From Candidatus Woesearchaeota archaeon (GTDB taxonomy: Archaea; Nanobdellota; Nanobdellia; Woesearchaeales; JACPBO01): 45,885 nt of DNA. The notes below the pieces were generated by a model, which was given only the letters and a program-made list of their open reading frames with translations, searched no databases and was not told where the DNA came from. The translations under genes and the position numbers were made by a program. Positions 1 to 8,683 of the stretch are shown here, piece after piece. How positions within the stretch are numbered: position 1 is the stretch's first letter; each line of letters begins with the position of its first letter. The stretch spans positions 1 through 45,885 of the forward strand of contig JACPBO010000021.1 in the NCBI GenBank assembly GCA_016180285.1, in the 5' to 3' direction.

Positions 1-2665
1 GATAAAAAAAATAACAGAAGAAGTTGAAAAGCGCGGCTATAAGGATTCTCTTGATTCAGAAATACAGCAGCTTAAAGTGGACACAGCAGCTAACAAGACT
101 AAAATGGAAAGCTTTGAAGCTGAGATTTCAAGGATAATGCAGAGAAAAGAGGGGCTGCAAAGCAGCCTTTCACAGACTGAGGAAAAGATTGAGTCCTTGA
201 ATAATGAAAAGCTTGGCTTAGAAGAAGAAAAGTCAGGAAAGCTGAAAGAGATAGCCGATCTTAGCAAAAAACTGGATGAATTCAAAAAGAAAAACAGGAT
301 TGGAAAGGATGTTGAGGATATTGAAAAAGAAGTTGAGGCAATTGACAAATATCTTGAAGAAAAACAGAACAAGATACAGCAGTTAAGAGCAGAGCAGCAG
401 GAGCTTTTAAGAAGAAAAGATATGCTCGAGTTCAGCGTAAAATCAATAGACGAGTCAATCAAAAAAGTTGAGGAAATCGAAAAAGAGCACAAAAAAGACA
501 TTCAGGATTTGAAGAGAAAGAAAGAAGAGCTTAAGAAGGCATCGAATGAGCTAAGCCAGCTGCTGAATGAAGATTCTTCACTTGCATTGCAGCTGTCAAA
601 CTCGAGGGATAAATTAACAAAATTAGTTGAGGAGCTGTCCAAGCTGGAAGCGAGAAGCGTTGGCAGCCAGGAAAGGTTTTTCAGCAATATTGCTGTCAAA
701 AAAGTGCTTGAAAATAAAAGCAAGCTCGGCGGGATATACGGCACTGTAGGCCAGCTTGGAAAAGTGAATTCAAAATACGCCCTTGCATTGGAAATTGCTG
801 CGGGTCCGAAAATAGATGCTGTTGTTGTGGAAGACGACAAAACAGCTGCAAAATGCATAAAATACCTCAAGGAAAACAAGCTCGGAGTAGCAGCATTTTT
901 TCCCCTGAACAAAATAAAGCCCGCCCCTGTAAGGCCTGAAGTTGAGAAATTAAAGTCAAGCAATGGCGTGCATGATCTTGCTGTTAACCTTGTTTCTTAT
1001 GAATCTAAATTCAAGGATATTTTTTCGCATGTTTTCGCCAATACCCTTATTGTTGATGACATTGATGTTGCAAGAAGAATCGGCATCGGAACATCAAAGA
1101 TGGTGACAATTGACGGTGATTCTGCGGAATTAAGCGGAGCAATGCATGGCGGCTTTAGGCACAGGACAAAAGGCATTGGATTCGAGGAAGAGGACATAGC
1201 CAAAAATATTGAAGGCAAAAATGAAGAGGCTGTCGAGCTAAAAACTCTTGTTTCCGCTCTTGAAAAAAGAAGGAAGGAAGTTGACGATAAGATAGTTTCT
1301 TTGAGGACATTCAAGGCAAACCTTGAAGGGGATGTGATAAAAATTGAAAAAGGGCTTCACCTTGAAGATTCAGATCTTGACGCCAGCAGAAGAAAGAAAG
1401 AATCATTATCAGCTGAAATCAAAGATGCAGATAAGAAGAAGGATAAGCTTGAAGATGACATCTCTGCCCTGAACAATGAGCTGGCCCAGAACAAAACAAA
1501 AAAACAGGATTTAAAAAACAAAATAAATGACTTGAAAAACCCCAAAATACTGGCTGAGCTGAATGCTTTTGAAGAAACTAAAAAGAATCTTGATGCTGAT
1601 GTCATAAAGAGGGGGCTCAGTATAAAGAATATCGATGACCAGGTACAATCAATACATCTCAGGGACAAGGAAAATACAATAAAAATCCTTAAGCAGGCTG
1701 ACAAGGAAATTGAAAGCTTTAAAAAGCAGATTGTTGATTTGAAAGACAGGATAAAAAACCAGCATTCTGTTTTAAATGAAAAAGAGGATAAGCAAAAGGA
1801 ATTTTACTCCAGATTTGAAGCTCTTTACAAAAAAAGAAACAAGATGAATGACGAGATTTCAGATTCCAATAAAAAGATCGAGTCTTTTGCAGCAAGATTA
1901 AAAGAAAATGAAACCCTGATAAATGGGCTTTCTATCGACGAAGCCGCAGTAAAAGCAAAGCTTGCCGGCCTGGAAGAGGAGTTCCAGCAGTATGCCGGCG
2001 TTAAGCTTGCTTCCCACAAGTCTGAAGAGGACTTGAAAAAGGAAATAAATGAATTTGAAAAGATGAGGGATAATATAGGAAGCGTGAATATGAGGGCATT
2101 GGATATTTATGAGGCTGTTGAGAAAGAATTTAATGCGCTTATCGAGAAAAAAGAAAAGCTCGGCATAGAGAAAAAAGATGTGCTCGGCATGATGGCTGAG
2201 ATTGAGGGCAAGAAGAAAGAGCTGTTTATGGGCACAATGTCTACAGTAAATGACCATTTCAAAAAAATATTCAGCTTGCTCTCAAACAAAGGCGACGCAT
2301 TCCTTGAGCTTGAAAATGAGCAGAATCCATTTGAAGGCGGAGTCAGGATAAAAGTGAGGATTATCGGAAACAAATTTTTGGATATCAGGAGCCTGTCTGG
2401 CGGTGAAAAAACACTTACAGCGCTTGCGTTTATTTTCTCAATACAGGAGCATCAGCCGGCATCATTCTATGTTCTCGACGAGGTTGATGCTGCCCTTGAC
2501 AAGCACAATTCAGAAAAATTTGCAAAGCTGATAGGCCAGTATTCTGAAAAGGCGCAGTATCTGATGATCAGCCACAATGACCATGTTATTTCAGAAGCAG
2601 ATACTTTATATGGAATAACAATGGATGAAAACAAGATAAGCAAGGTTGTCAGCATGAAAATATGA
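1..2665 (+). CDS. smc: Chromosome segregation protein SMC (5' end lies outside the window)
   Basis: Frame is open from position 2. Long coiled coils, hinge (GIYGTVGQL...ALEIAAG...VTIDGD...SGAMHGG), signature LSGGEK and Walker B/D-loop FYVLDEVDAALD. Walker A is absent, so the gene is partial. Confidence 0.97.
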   Translation, partial: IKKITEEVEKRGYKDSLDSEIQQLKVDTAANKTKMESFEAEISRIMQRKEGLQSSLSQTEEKIESLNNEKLGLEEEKSGKLKEIADLSKKLDEFKKKNRIGKDVEDIEKEVEAIDKYLEEKQNKIQQLRAEQQELLRRKDMLEFSVKSIDESIKKVEEIEKEHKKDIQDLKRKKEELKKASNELSQLLNEDSSLALQLSNSRDKLTKLVEELSKLEARSVGSQERFFSNIAVKKVLENKSKLGGIYGTVGQLGKVNSKYALALEIAAGPKIDAVVVEDDKTAAKCIKYLKENKLGVAAFFPLNKIKPAPVRPEVEKLKSSNGVHDLAVNLVSYESKFKDIFSHVFANTLIVDDIDVARRIGIGTSKMVTIDGDSAELSGAMHGGFRHRTKGIGFEEEDIAKNIEGKNEEAVELKTLVSALEKRRKEVDDKIVSLRTFKANLEGDVIKIEKGLHLEDSDLDASRRKKESLSAEIKDADKKKDKLEDDISALNNELAQNKTKKQDLKNKINDLKNPKILAELNAFEETKKNLDADVIKRGLSIKNIDDQVQSIHLRDKENTIKILKQADKEIESFKKQIVDLKDRIKNQHSVLNEKEDKQKEFYSRFEALYKKRNKMNDEISDSNKKIESFAARLKENETLINGLSIDEAAVKAKLAGLEEEFQQYAGVKLASHKSEEDLKKEINEFEKMRDNIGSVNMRALDIYEAVEKEFNALIEKKEKLGIEKKDVLGMMAEIEGKKKELFMGTMSTVNDHFKKIFSLLSNKGDAFLELENEQNPFEGGVRIKVRIIGNKFLDIRSLSGGEKTLTALAFIFSIQEHQPASFYVLDEVDAALDKHNSEKFAKLIGQYSEKAQYLMISHNDHVISEADTLYGITMDENKISKVVSMKI

Positions 2666-2703
2666 TTCATAAGCTATATAAAATGCAGTAAAAGCTTAAT
2701 TTT

Positions 2704-2898
2704 ATGGCAAAAGTAAAAATAATATATGATAAGGAAGCATGCATCGGCTGCGGAAGCTGCGAAGCTGTATGCCCTGAAAACTGGAAATTAGAAGGCGATA
2801 AGGCAATTCCTAAGAAGCTTGAGCTTAATGATGTTGGCTGCAACCAAGAAGCAGCAGACAGCTGCCCGGTTTCAGCAATAAAGATAGTTAAAAAATGA
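2704..2898 (+). CDS. Ferredoxin (single-cluster type)
   Basis: 64 aa with CIGCGSCEAVCP and distal CPVSAI. Confidence 0.93.
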   Translation: MAKVKIIYDKEACIGCGSCEAVCPENWKLEGDKAIPKKLELNDVGCNQEAADSCPVSAIKIVKK

Positions 2899-2907
2899 GG
2901 TAAGAAA

Positions 2908-3165
2908 ATGAAAGGTAAAACAATAAAAACTAACAAAATAAAAAAATCAAAGGAAATAATAGGCAAAATTACAAAAAACATGCCGATCGGAGAAGTTGTT
3001 CTAAAATACCCGGATACCATAGCTGTTTTCATGCAGCATGGCCTGCACTGCATCGGCTGCGGAATTGCCCAATTTGAGAGCATAGAGCAGGGAGCAGCTG
3101 CGCACGGCATAAACCTGGATAAATTAATTAATGACCTTAATAAAGCAGCATCTAAGAAGGGTTAA
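2908..3165 (+). CDS. DUF1858-like small redox/disulfide domain protein
   Basis: ITKNMPIGEVVLKYP...GLHCIGC...ESIEQGAAAHGI pattern; GAGGT RBS upstream. Confidence 0.85.
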   Translation: MKGKTIKTNKIKKSKEIIGKITKNMPIGEVVLKYPDTIAVFMQHGLHCIGCGIAQFESIEQGAAAHGINLDKLINDLNKAASKKG

Positions 3166-3170
3166 AAAAC

Positions 3171-4304
3171 TCAGCTGTACAGCTCCAGCACTCTTTTTAT
3201 CTTGTAAACAGTTTTCTCCCATGAGAATTTCTCAACTATTGTTCTCCTTGCTTCTTCGCCAAGCGCTGACCTCATTTCAGGATTCTTAATAAGAAACTCT
3301 AATTTTTTAGATAAGACATATGAATTCTGCTTTGGAAACAAAAGCCCGTTTTTTCCGTCCCGTATGTATTCTTTTACAACTCCCACCGGAGTGCATACAA
3401 CCGGCAGGCACGTTGACATCGCTTCCATTGTTGACAGCGAGCTTGTCTCTGTCAAAGAAGGCAGGACATAAATGTCCATTGCCTGCAGATATGGCACAAC
3501 ATTATTCACTGCTCCGCTTAAAATAATGCTTTTCCTTCTCCCGAATAATTCTTTCAATTCCTTTCTTCCTTCTCCTACAATAAACAGCCTTATATTCTGG
3601 TAAGTTCTTTCAAGCCTTATGAACGCCCTGTATAATGTAAGCAGGTCTTTTTCAAATCCAATTCTTCCGACAAATCCTATGACAATGCCGTCTTCAGCCA
3701 ATCCTAAATTCTTCTTGGATTGTTTTTTATTTGTTGACGGAATGAATTTATGGACATCAACTCCCAGCTGCACAACTGTCTTTTTTGTCTTTATTCCCTG
3801 CCATGTCAGCAATTCAGCTGTCTGCAAAGAAGGAACCATTATTATGTCGCATTTATTATAAAGGAACCATGCAATTATCTTGACAATTAAGTGCGTCCAC
3901 CATCCAATAAGCCTGTTTCTTGAAATGCTTTTGCTTACAAGCTCCCATTCTATTGAGTGCATGTATGCTATTGTTGTCTTTTTCAGCCTTTTTGCAATAA
4001 AAATAGTGGCTGCGCCGATTGGCCCTATTGTCTGCGTCCAGACTAAATCAGCGTCTTTTACAAACTGATTTATGCTCTTATATACAATTCTCGGCGGGTT
4101 ATAATCGCCAATCCTGAATTCATGCACTCTTAGCCTTATTACTTTCACGTTTTCTATTTCTTTGTACTCTCCTTTAAAATCAGGCGCAAGCACTGTAATG
4201 TCATAACTGTCCTTTATGGCCGGCAGTATCTCTGACAGAAATCTTGAAACACCATCCCACCTTGGCAAAAACGAGTCTGTTGCAATCAAAAGTTTCGGCT
4301 TCAT
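3171..4304 (-). CDS. Glycosyltransferase family 4 (GT-B)
   Basis: TDSFLPRWDGV N-terminus, FVGRIGFEK, and ETSSLSTMEAM (E-x7-E). Start placed at MKPKLL (4304), just after the upstream gene's stop. Confidence 0.93.
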   Translation of the reverse strand: MKPKLLIATDSFLPRWDGVSRFLSEILPAIKDSYDITVLAPDFKGEYKEIENVKVIRLRVHEFRIGDYNPPRIVYKSINQFVKDADLVWTQTIGPIGAATIFIAKRLKKTTIAYMHSIEWELVSKSISRNRLIGWWTHLIVKIIAWFLYNKCDIIMVPSLQTAELLTWQGIKTKKTVVQLGVDVHKFIPSTNKKQSKKNLGLAEDGIVIGFVGRIGFEKDLLTLYRAFIRLERTYQNIRLFIVGEGRKELKELFGRRKSIILSGAVNNVVPYLQAMDIYVLPSLTETSSLSTMEAMSTCLPVVCTPVGVVKEYIRDGKNGLLFPKQNSYVLSKKLEFLIKNPEMRSALGEEARRTIVEKFSWEKTVYKIKRVLELYS

Positions 4305-4308
4305 CTTG

Positions 4309-4956
4309 TTACCTTTCCTTCCAAAACACCTCTGCAAATCTGCATTTGTTTTTCAGGCCGTTAACTATTGCCTTTAAATAAACGCTCCACAAAAGGAATA
4401 ATAGAGAAAGCTTCTGGCTTTCAAAACAGTTAAGCGCATTAATCTTTGTCTCAAATGTATCTGAAATATCAACAACAAGCTTTGGAAGGTTCCTTCTTCC
4501 TATCTTCAATATATTCCAGATTGCAAAGCTGTAAACATGCCCTTTGTATTGCAGCTCATCAACAGCTTCAAGAACAAGTTGATGCGCCGCCCTGTGGTCC
4601 GGCAGCGGGTCATCCGACATATGCGTGAATATCTTTGAAGGCCTTAATTTTTTAATCATTTTTTTAATGTTTTCTTTTGCATTTTTTTCTTCTGCTTCTA
4701 ATTTAAATTTTCCTTCCTCTAATCCGAGAAAAACAACCCCTTTGCCGCCGATAACATCATCTGCCTTTTTAGCCTCTTCTACTCTTGTTTCAACCGCCAC
4801 CTTCCTCTGAAAATGAGGGTGGCTTTTTTCTCCATAGGACAGTATGATTGTATAAACTTCCTTGCCCTCTTTCGCGTATTTTGCCAATGTGCCTCCTGGC
4901 CCAAGTATCTGGTCATCTGAATGCGAGCATATTACAACTATTGATTCTTTTGGCAT
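4309..4956 (-). CDS. PIG-L/LmbE family deacetylase
   Basis: SHSDDQ (HxDD-like), R..EA helix, PDH motif, CFESQ. Confidence 0.9.
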   Translation of the reverse strand: MPKESIVVICSHSDDQILGPGGTLAKYAKEGKEVYTIILSYGEKSHPHFQRKVAVETRVEEAKKADDVIGGKGVVFLGLEEGKFKLEAEEKNAKENIKKMIKKLRPSKIFTHMSDDPLPDHRAAHQLVLEAVDELQYKGHVYSFAIWNILKIGRRNLPKLVVDISDTFETKINALNCFESQKLSLLFLLWSVYLKAIVNGLKNKCRFAEVFWKER

Positions 4957-5085
4957 AAGCCTTGTTTTGGCTGAAGTTGTTAATTAATCTTTCTAAATTC
5001 AACCTTGAAAATAAAAAGATTTATAAAGGGAAAATACTGGTTTACATATGGCCATAAATCCTGTTTAGGGCTTCTAAAAAAGAAA

Positions 5086-5592
5086 ATGAAACTTTCAAAC
5101 AGCATAATTGAAAATGTAGTCAAAGAAGTCGCTGGCGAAGACACGATTCCTTTAGTCAGGTATCTGAAGAACAAGAAGAACGTATCTGAATTCAAAATAG
5201 CAGAAGCTGTAAAGCGTGAAATAAACGAAACACGAAACATGCTGTACAGGCTCTATAACGCAAATCTGGTCTCTTTTAACAGGAAAAAAGACAAGAAAAA
5301 GGGGTGGTACATCTATTACTGGACTTTCAACAGTAAAATGGTCAAATATCTCTTTTTTGACCTGAAAAAGAAGAGAATAGAGAAGCTTAAAGAGAGGCTC
5401 ATAAGGGAAAAAAGCGGCATTTTTTTCATCTGCAAAAACAAGTGTATCCGCCTTATTTTTGAGCAGGCTGTTGACTTCAGCTACAAATGCCCTGAATGCG
5501 GACAGCTCCTTGAGCAGGAAAACAACAGCAAAACAATAGAAGATATAGAGAAAGAAATAAGAGATCTGGAAAAAGAGCTGGCTAAACGCTGA
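5086..5592 (+). CDS. tfe: Transcription factor E (TFIIE alpha-like)
   Basis: SEFKIAE...RNMLYRL...GWYIYYW winged helix plus CKNKC...CPECG zinc ribbon; start inferred at MKLSNS. Confidence 0.92.
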   Translation: MKLSNSIIENVVKEVAGEDTIPLVRYLKNKKNVSEFKIAEAVKREINETRNMLYRLYNANLVSFNRKKDKKKGWYIYYWTFNSKMVKYLFFDLKKKRIEKLKERLIREKSGIFFICKNKCIRLIFEQAVDFSYKCPECGQLLEQENNSKTIEDIEKEIRDLEKELAKR

Positions 5593-5802
5593 TTATCTTT
5601 TTTTGCCTTTCACTGCCTTTTCTATCCTGTATTCCTCTTTGACTATCTTGTTGGCCATGTTTTCTATATGCATCTCTACCCTTGCTATTCTCCTTTCCAT
5701 AAGAACGAGCACACGCAAGCTGTAGACTATTGCAGCCAATGTCCCTATTATAATCGCCAATGTTATCCTTATTACAGCATCTGTTCCTGCCAAAGCAACC
5801 AT
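5593..5802 (-). CDS. Small single-pass membrane protein
   Basis: GAGGTG RBS before ATG 5802; one hydrophobic helix followed by a coiled/basic tail. Confidence 0.7.
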   Translation of the reverse strand: MVALAGTDAVIRITLAIIIGTLAAIVYSLRVLVLMERRIARVEMHIENMANKIVKEEYRIEKAVKGKKR

Positions 5803-5919
5803 CAAGCTCACCTCTTTTATATAATGATGAATAGCTATAAAAATCCATAGTATATAAATTTTTGGTTTTTTTAAATGAGAACAAATAACTTTATAAACTG
5901 ATTATAATTTCTAGCTGCT

Positions 5920-6318
5920 ATGAACGTAAAAGACCTGGAACCAAAACAAGGCAATGTTGACATTGTGCTTGACGTAGTAGAGGTCTCTCCTCCCAGAGAG
6001 TTCAGCAAGTTCGGAAGATCTGGTAAAGTGGCAAATGCAACTGCAAAGGACCATCTCGGGGATGAGATAAAGATAACTCTGTGGAATGACCAGATCGAAA
6101 CAGTTAAGGCAGGTGACAAGGTTCACATTAAAAACGGCTATGTGAATGAATGGCAGGGTGAAAAGCAGCTTACAACTGGAAAGTTCGGAACATTAGAGGT
6201 TGTCAGCTCTTCTGCGCCAAGCGAGAATAAAGAATCAGGGGAAGATAAAGAGATTTTTTCAAATATAGCAAAGGAAAGTGAAGGGGAAGATATTGATTTT
6301 GATGAAGAAGAAATTTGA
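5920..6318 (+). CDS. Single OB-fold ssDNA-binding protein (SSB/RPA-like) with acidic tail
   Basis: GKVANAT.KD..G.IKITLWNDQ...NGYVNEWQG.KQL...KFG; acidic C-terminus. Confidence 0.9.
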   Translation: MNVKDLEPKQGNVDIVLDVVEVSPPREFSKFGRSGKVANATAKDHLGDEIKITLWNDQIETVKAGDKVHIKNGYVNEWQGEKQLTTGKFGTLEVVSSSAPSENKESGEDKEIFSNIAKESEGEDIDFDEEEI

Positions 6319-6393
6319 TCCTGTTATTGAATTCTATTTTTTTCTGAAAAAAGCGAAAACCATATAAACAATCATAAAATTTAATTCTATAAT

Positions 6394-6497
6394 GGGACGG
6401 TAGCTCAGCCTGGGAGAGCACACGGCTGAAGACCGTGGAATCAGGAAGCAATGCTTTTTGATGCGGACTGTCACGGATTCAAATTCCGTCCGTCCCA
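6394..6497 (+). tRNA. trnF: tRNA-Phe(GAA) with a 30-nt intron in the variable loop (44/45; 6439-6468)
   Basis: Acceptor GGGACGG/CCGTCCC, D arm GCTC/GAGC, anticodon arm CACGG-CTGAAGA-CCGTG, T arm ACGGA-TTCAAAT-TCCGT. Removing 6439-6468 gives variable loop GTGTC and a 74-nt tRNA. Confidence 0.92.
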
Positions 6498-6534
6498 CTT
6501 TTATTTCTTGCTTTTTTCCCTTAATGAAATGGTC

Positions 6535-8682
6535 TTATATTCCTGCAGGCCCCAGTGTAGCTAGTATCTTCCCGGAGATCAGATTGAATATTATTGTAAT
6601 TATTCCTGCAATTACGCAGTAAAGCACAAGGCTTTTCATCATGTTATTTCCAAGAAGATACTTTTCATTTAAAGAGTCAGATCCGTTCTCTATCCCGTTT
6701 TCAAGCACAGTCAGCAGATAAATTATCTGTACAATGTAAATTCCGACAACAAGCTGAAAGTAATAAGGAGGAATCCCTGGATTGCCGAAAATGTCCGGAA
6801 CTTTCCCCCCTTCTGTGCTCACTGCCTGCATTCTAGTCCCAATTGCGCCAAGTATTGATGTTATCATTGACGTTATTCCTATTACAATGCCCGATATCAC
6901 CGGTGTCAGAAAATTTATCTGTGATTTCATCGAAGAGATTATATCTGCCATCAGGTCTTTCAGCCTTTCATCAACTTTATGTATCTCCTTTATGTAACGG
7001 GAAATATTTGTCAGAGATTGGGCTGCAATCCTTGCTCCCTTTTTGGAGCTTTCAACCAGCACTTTCATCGAGCTTTCAATTATGTTCGAGGGGAAATCCA
7101 TCAATGCGCCGTATTTCTGGTCAAAGATTGACTGCTGAACGCTCATGCCAAGCCTCCTTATATTTTGGTCAACTTTCTGGAAAAAGCTTCCTGAAACCGT
7201 GCCTTGCATATCGTCAGCAACCTTGCCAAATGCAATTTCCGCAGGCAAGCCATCTCCAAGTCGGGAGCCAAGCGCAAATAAGGCAGAAGCAAATTCCGTC
7301 TCCAGTCTTTTCGAATCCTCTCTTATTTTCATCAAATGGTCTGATCTCAGCTTGAAATAAATTCCAATTGCAAGCCCCAGGCCCAGAGGCAATAAAAGGC
7401 TGAACAATGCTGCTATGGGGCTGAACGGACCAATCTTTGTTACATTGTCTTTTGCAAGCCTGTAATCAAGCACTTTCATCTCGCCAAAATCGCCCAATTG
7501 TATTGCCGGGTCAATATTTGGCTGAATAATGTGAAGTATAATCGGGCTTAATCCAATAATGAATAAAACTGATGCAATAATAACTGATGCAATAATGGGG
7601 CTGAGCAGAATTTCCGATTTTCCAATTTTTATAACTATGTTTTTATATCTCCTTAACTGCGGATTGAACTCAGATATGTCAGTATCGCCATAGCCCGTCG
7701 GCCTTTGTGACAGCACATTTTTTCCTAAATAAAAAACAGCTATTGGCAATGCAATATTATAAAGAGCCGCTAAATGAAACCACTTTACGCCCTCCATAAA
7801 GCTAACAACTAATGGCAGTATGACCAATCCGAGTATCGGCAAAATAATGCCCAGCATGTGCAGCATTGTAATTGGTGATTTAAGATTATGGGCGTAATGA
7901 AGCATCTTTTCATAAGTTTCCTCGAGAATAACTGACAATGACTTATCCAGCAAGCCCAGTCTTCTTGCCTCATCTCCCTCATACAGCGATGATTCAATTA
8001 AATGCATTGCTTCTATAAACTCCATATTCCACTTTCTCCACGATTCAAGATATGCCTCTAGAGAATCTTTTATTGACTTGTACTTTTCAGTTTCAACATC
8101 CCACAAAACCTTTTTCAGGTCCAGAGAAAGCGGCGGAGTAAGGTGATTTGATGCAAATTCAATTGCAAGCTCCAAATTCGATGTATGCCTCATATAAGTT
8201 ACAATATAGAATGTGCACAGCACCATTTGATTGGACGCCTTCATCCTCCAGCTGTTGGCAAGGTATTCTGGAATTTTTTGAAGCGGCAAAATCATTATCA
8301 GGCCAGCCATTACAAAAAACATTACAAAAAACAATCCGCCAGTCAGCACAAATCCGAATACAGACCCAAGCAGTGCAACAACAAACGGCATCAGCAGCGA
8401 AAAGCTTTGAACGCCGGCAGGAGTTACTTCAAGATGCGCGATTTTTATTGATTCTTCAATTGAAGGAAGAGCTTTCTTGCTCGGCTGCATCTTGAGAATT
8501 TTCTCGCTAATGTTGCAGAGCTGCTCATAAATCGTATATTGCCTCGGCATCAGCTCTTTTTTGAATGTTTTATATTCGCGGGAAAGCACTTTTGGCGTGC
8601 CTGCTTCCTGCTTTCCTTCTATGGCCAGCTTTATCTTATCTTCGTACCTTTTTTTCAAATCGTCAAATCCCAGATTATCCAT
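6535..8682 (-). CDS. Type II/IV secretion or pilus inner-membrane platform protein (TadC/GspF-like)
   Basis: Multiple TM helices with two cytoplasmic repeats (NLELAIEFAS; G.PAEIAF..VA); starts 1 nt after the secretion ATPase stop. Confidence 0.8.
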   Translation of the reverse strand: MDNLGFDDLKKRYEDKIKLAIEGKQEAGTPKVLSREYKTFKKELMPRQYTIYEQLCNISEKILKMQPSKKALPSIEESIKIAHLEVTPAGVQSFSLLMPFVVALLGSVFGFVLTGGLFFVMFFVMAGLIMILPLQKIPEYLANSWRMKASNQMVLCTFYIVTYMRHTSNLELAIEFASNHLTPPLSLDLKKVLWDVETEKYKSIKDSLEAYLESWRKWNMEFIEAMHLIESSLYEGDEARRLGLLDKSLSVILEETYEKMLHYAHNLKSPITMLHMLGIILPILGLVILPLVVSFMEGVKWFHLAALYNIALPIAVFYLGKNVLSQRPTGYGDTDISEFNPQLRRYKNIVIKIGKSEILLSPIIASVIIASVLFIIGLSPIILHIIQPNIDPAIQLGDFGEMKVLDYRLAKDNVTKIGPFSPIAALFSLLLPLGLGLAIGIYFKLRSDHLMKIREDSKRLETEFASALFALGSRLGDGLPAEIAFGKVADDMQGTVSGSFFQKVDQNIRRLGMSVQQSIFDQKYGALMDFPSNIIESSMKVLVESSKKGARIAAQSLTNISRYIKEIHKVDERLKDLMADIISSMKSQINFLTPVISGIVIGITSMITSILGAIGTRMQAVSTEGGKVPDIFGNPGIPPYYFQLVVGIYIVQIIYLLTVLENGIENGSDSLNEKYLLGNNMMKSLVLYCVIAGIITIIFNLISGKILATLGPAGI

Positions 8683-8683
8683 T

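Noticed and set aside
37..2670. Several long minus-strand ORFs opposite smc, and similar shadow ORFs opposite most large genes
   Set aside because: Ser/Phe/Leu-rich antisense translations of Lys/Glu-rich coding sequence, with no motifs or RBS.
6445..6452. GGAAGCAA shared between the tRNA-Phe intron and the tRNA-Leu 37/38 intron as evidence of intron transposition
   Set aside because: Only 8 nt match and the flanks differ, which is too little to support common origin.
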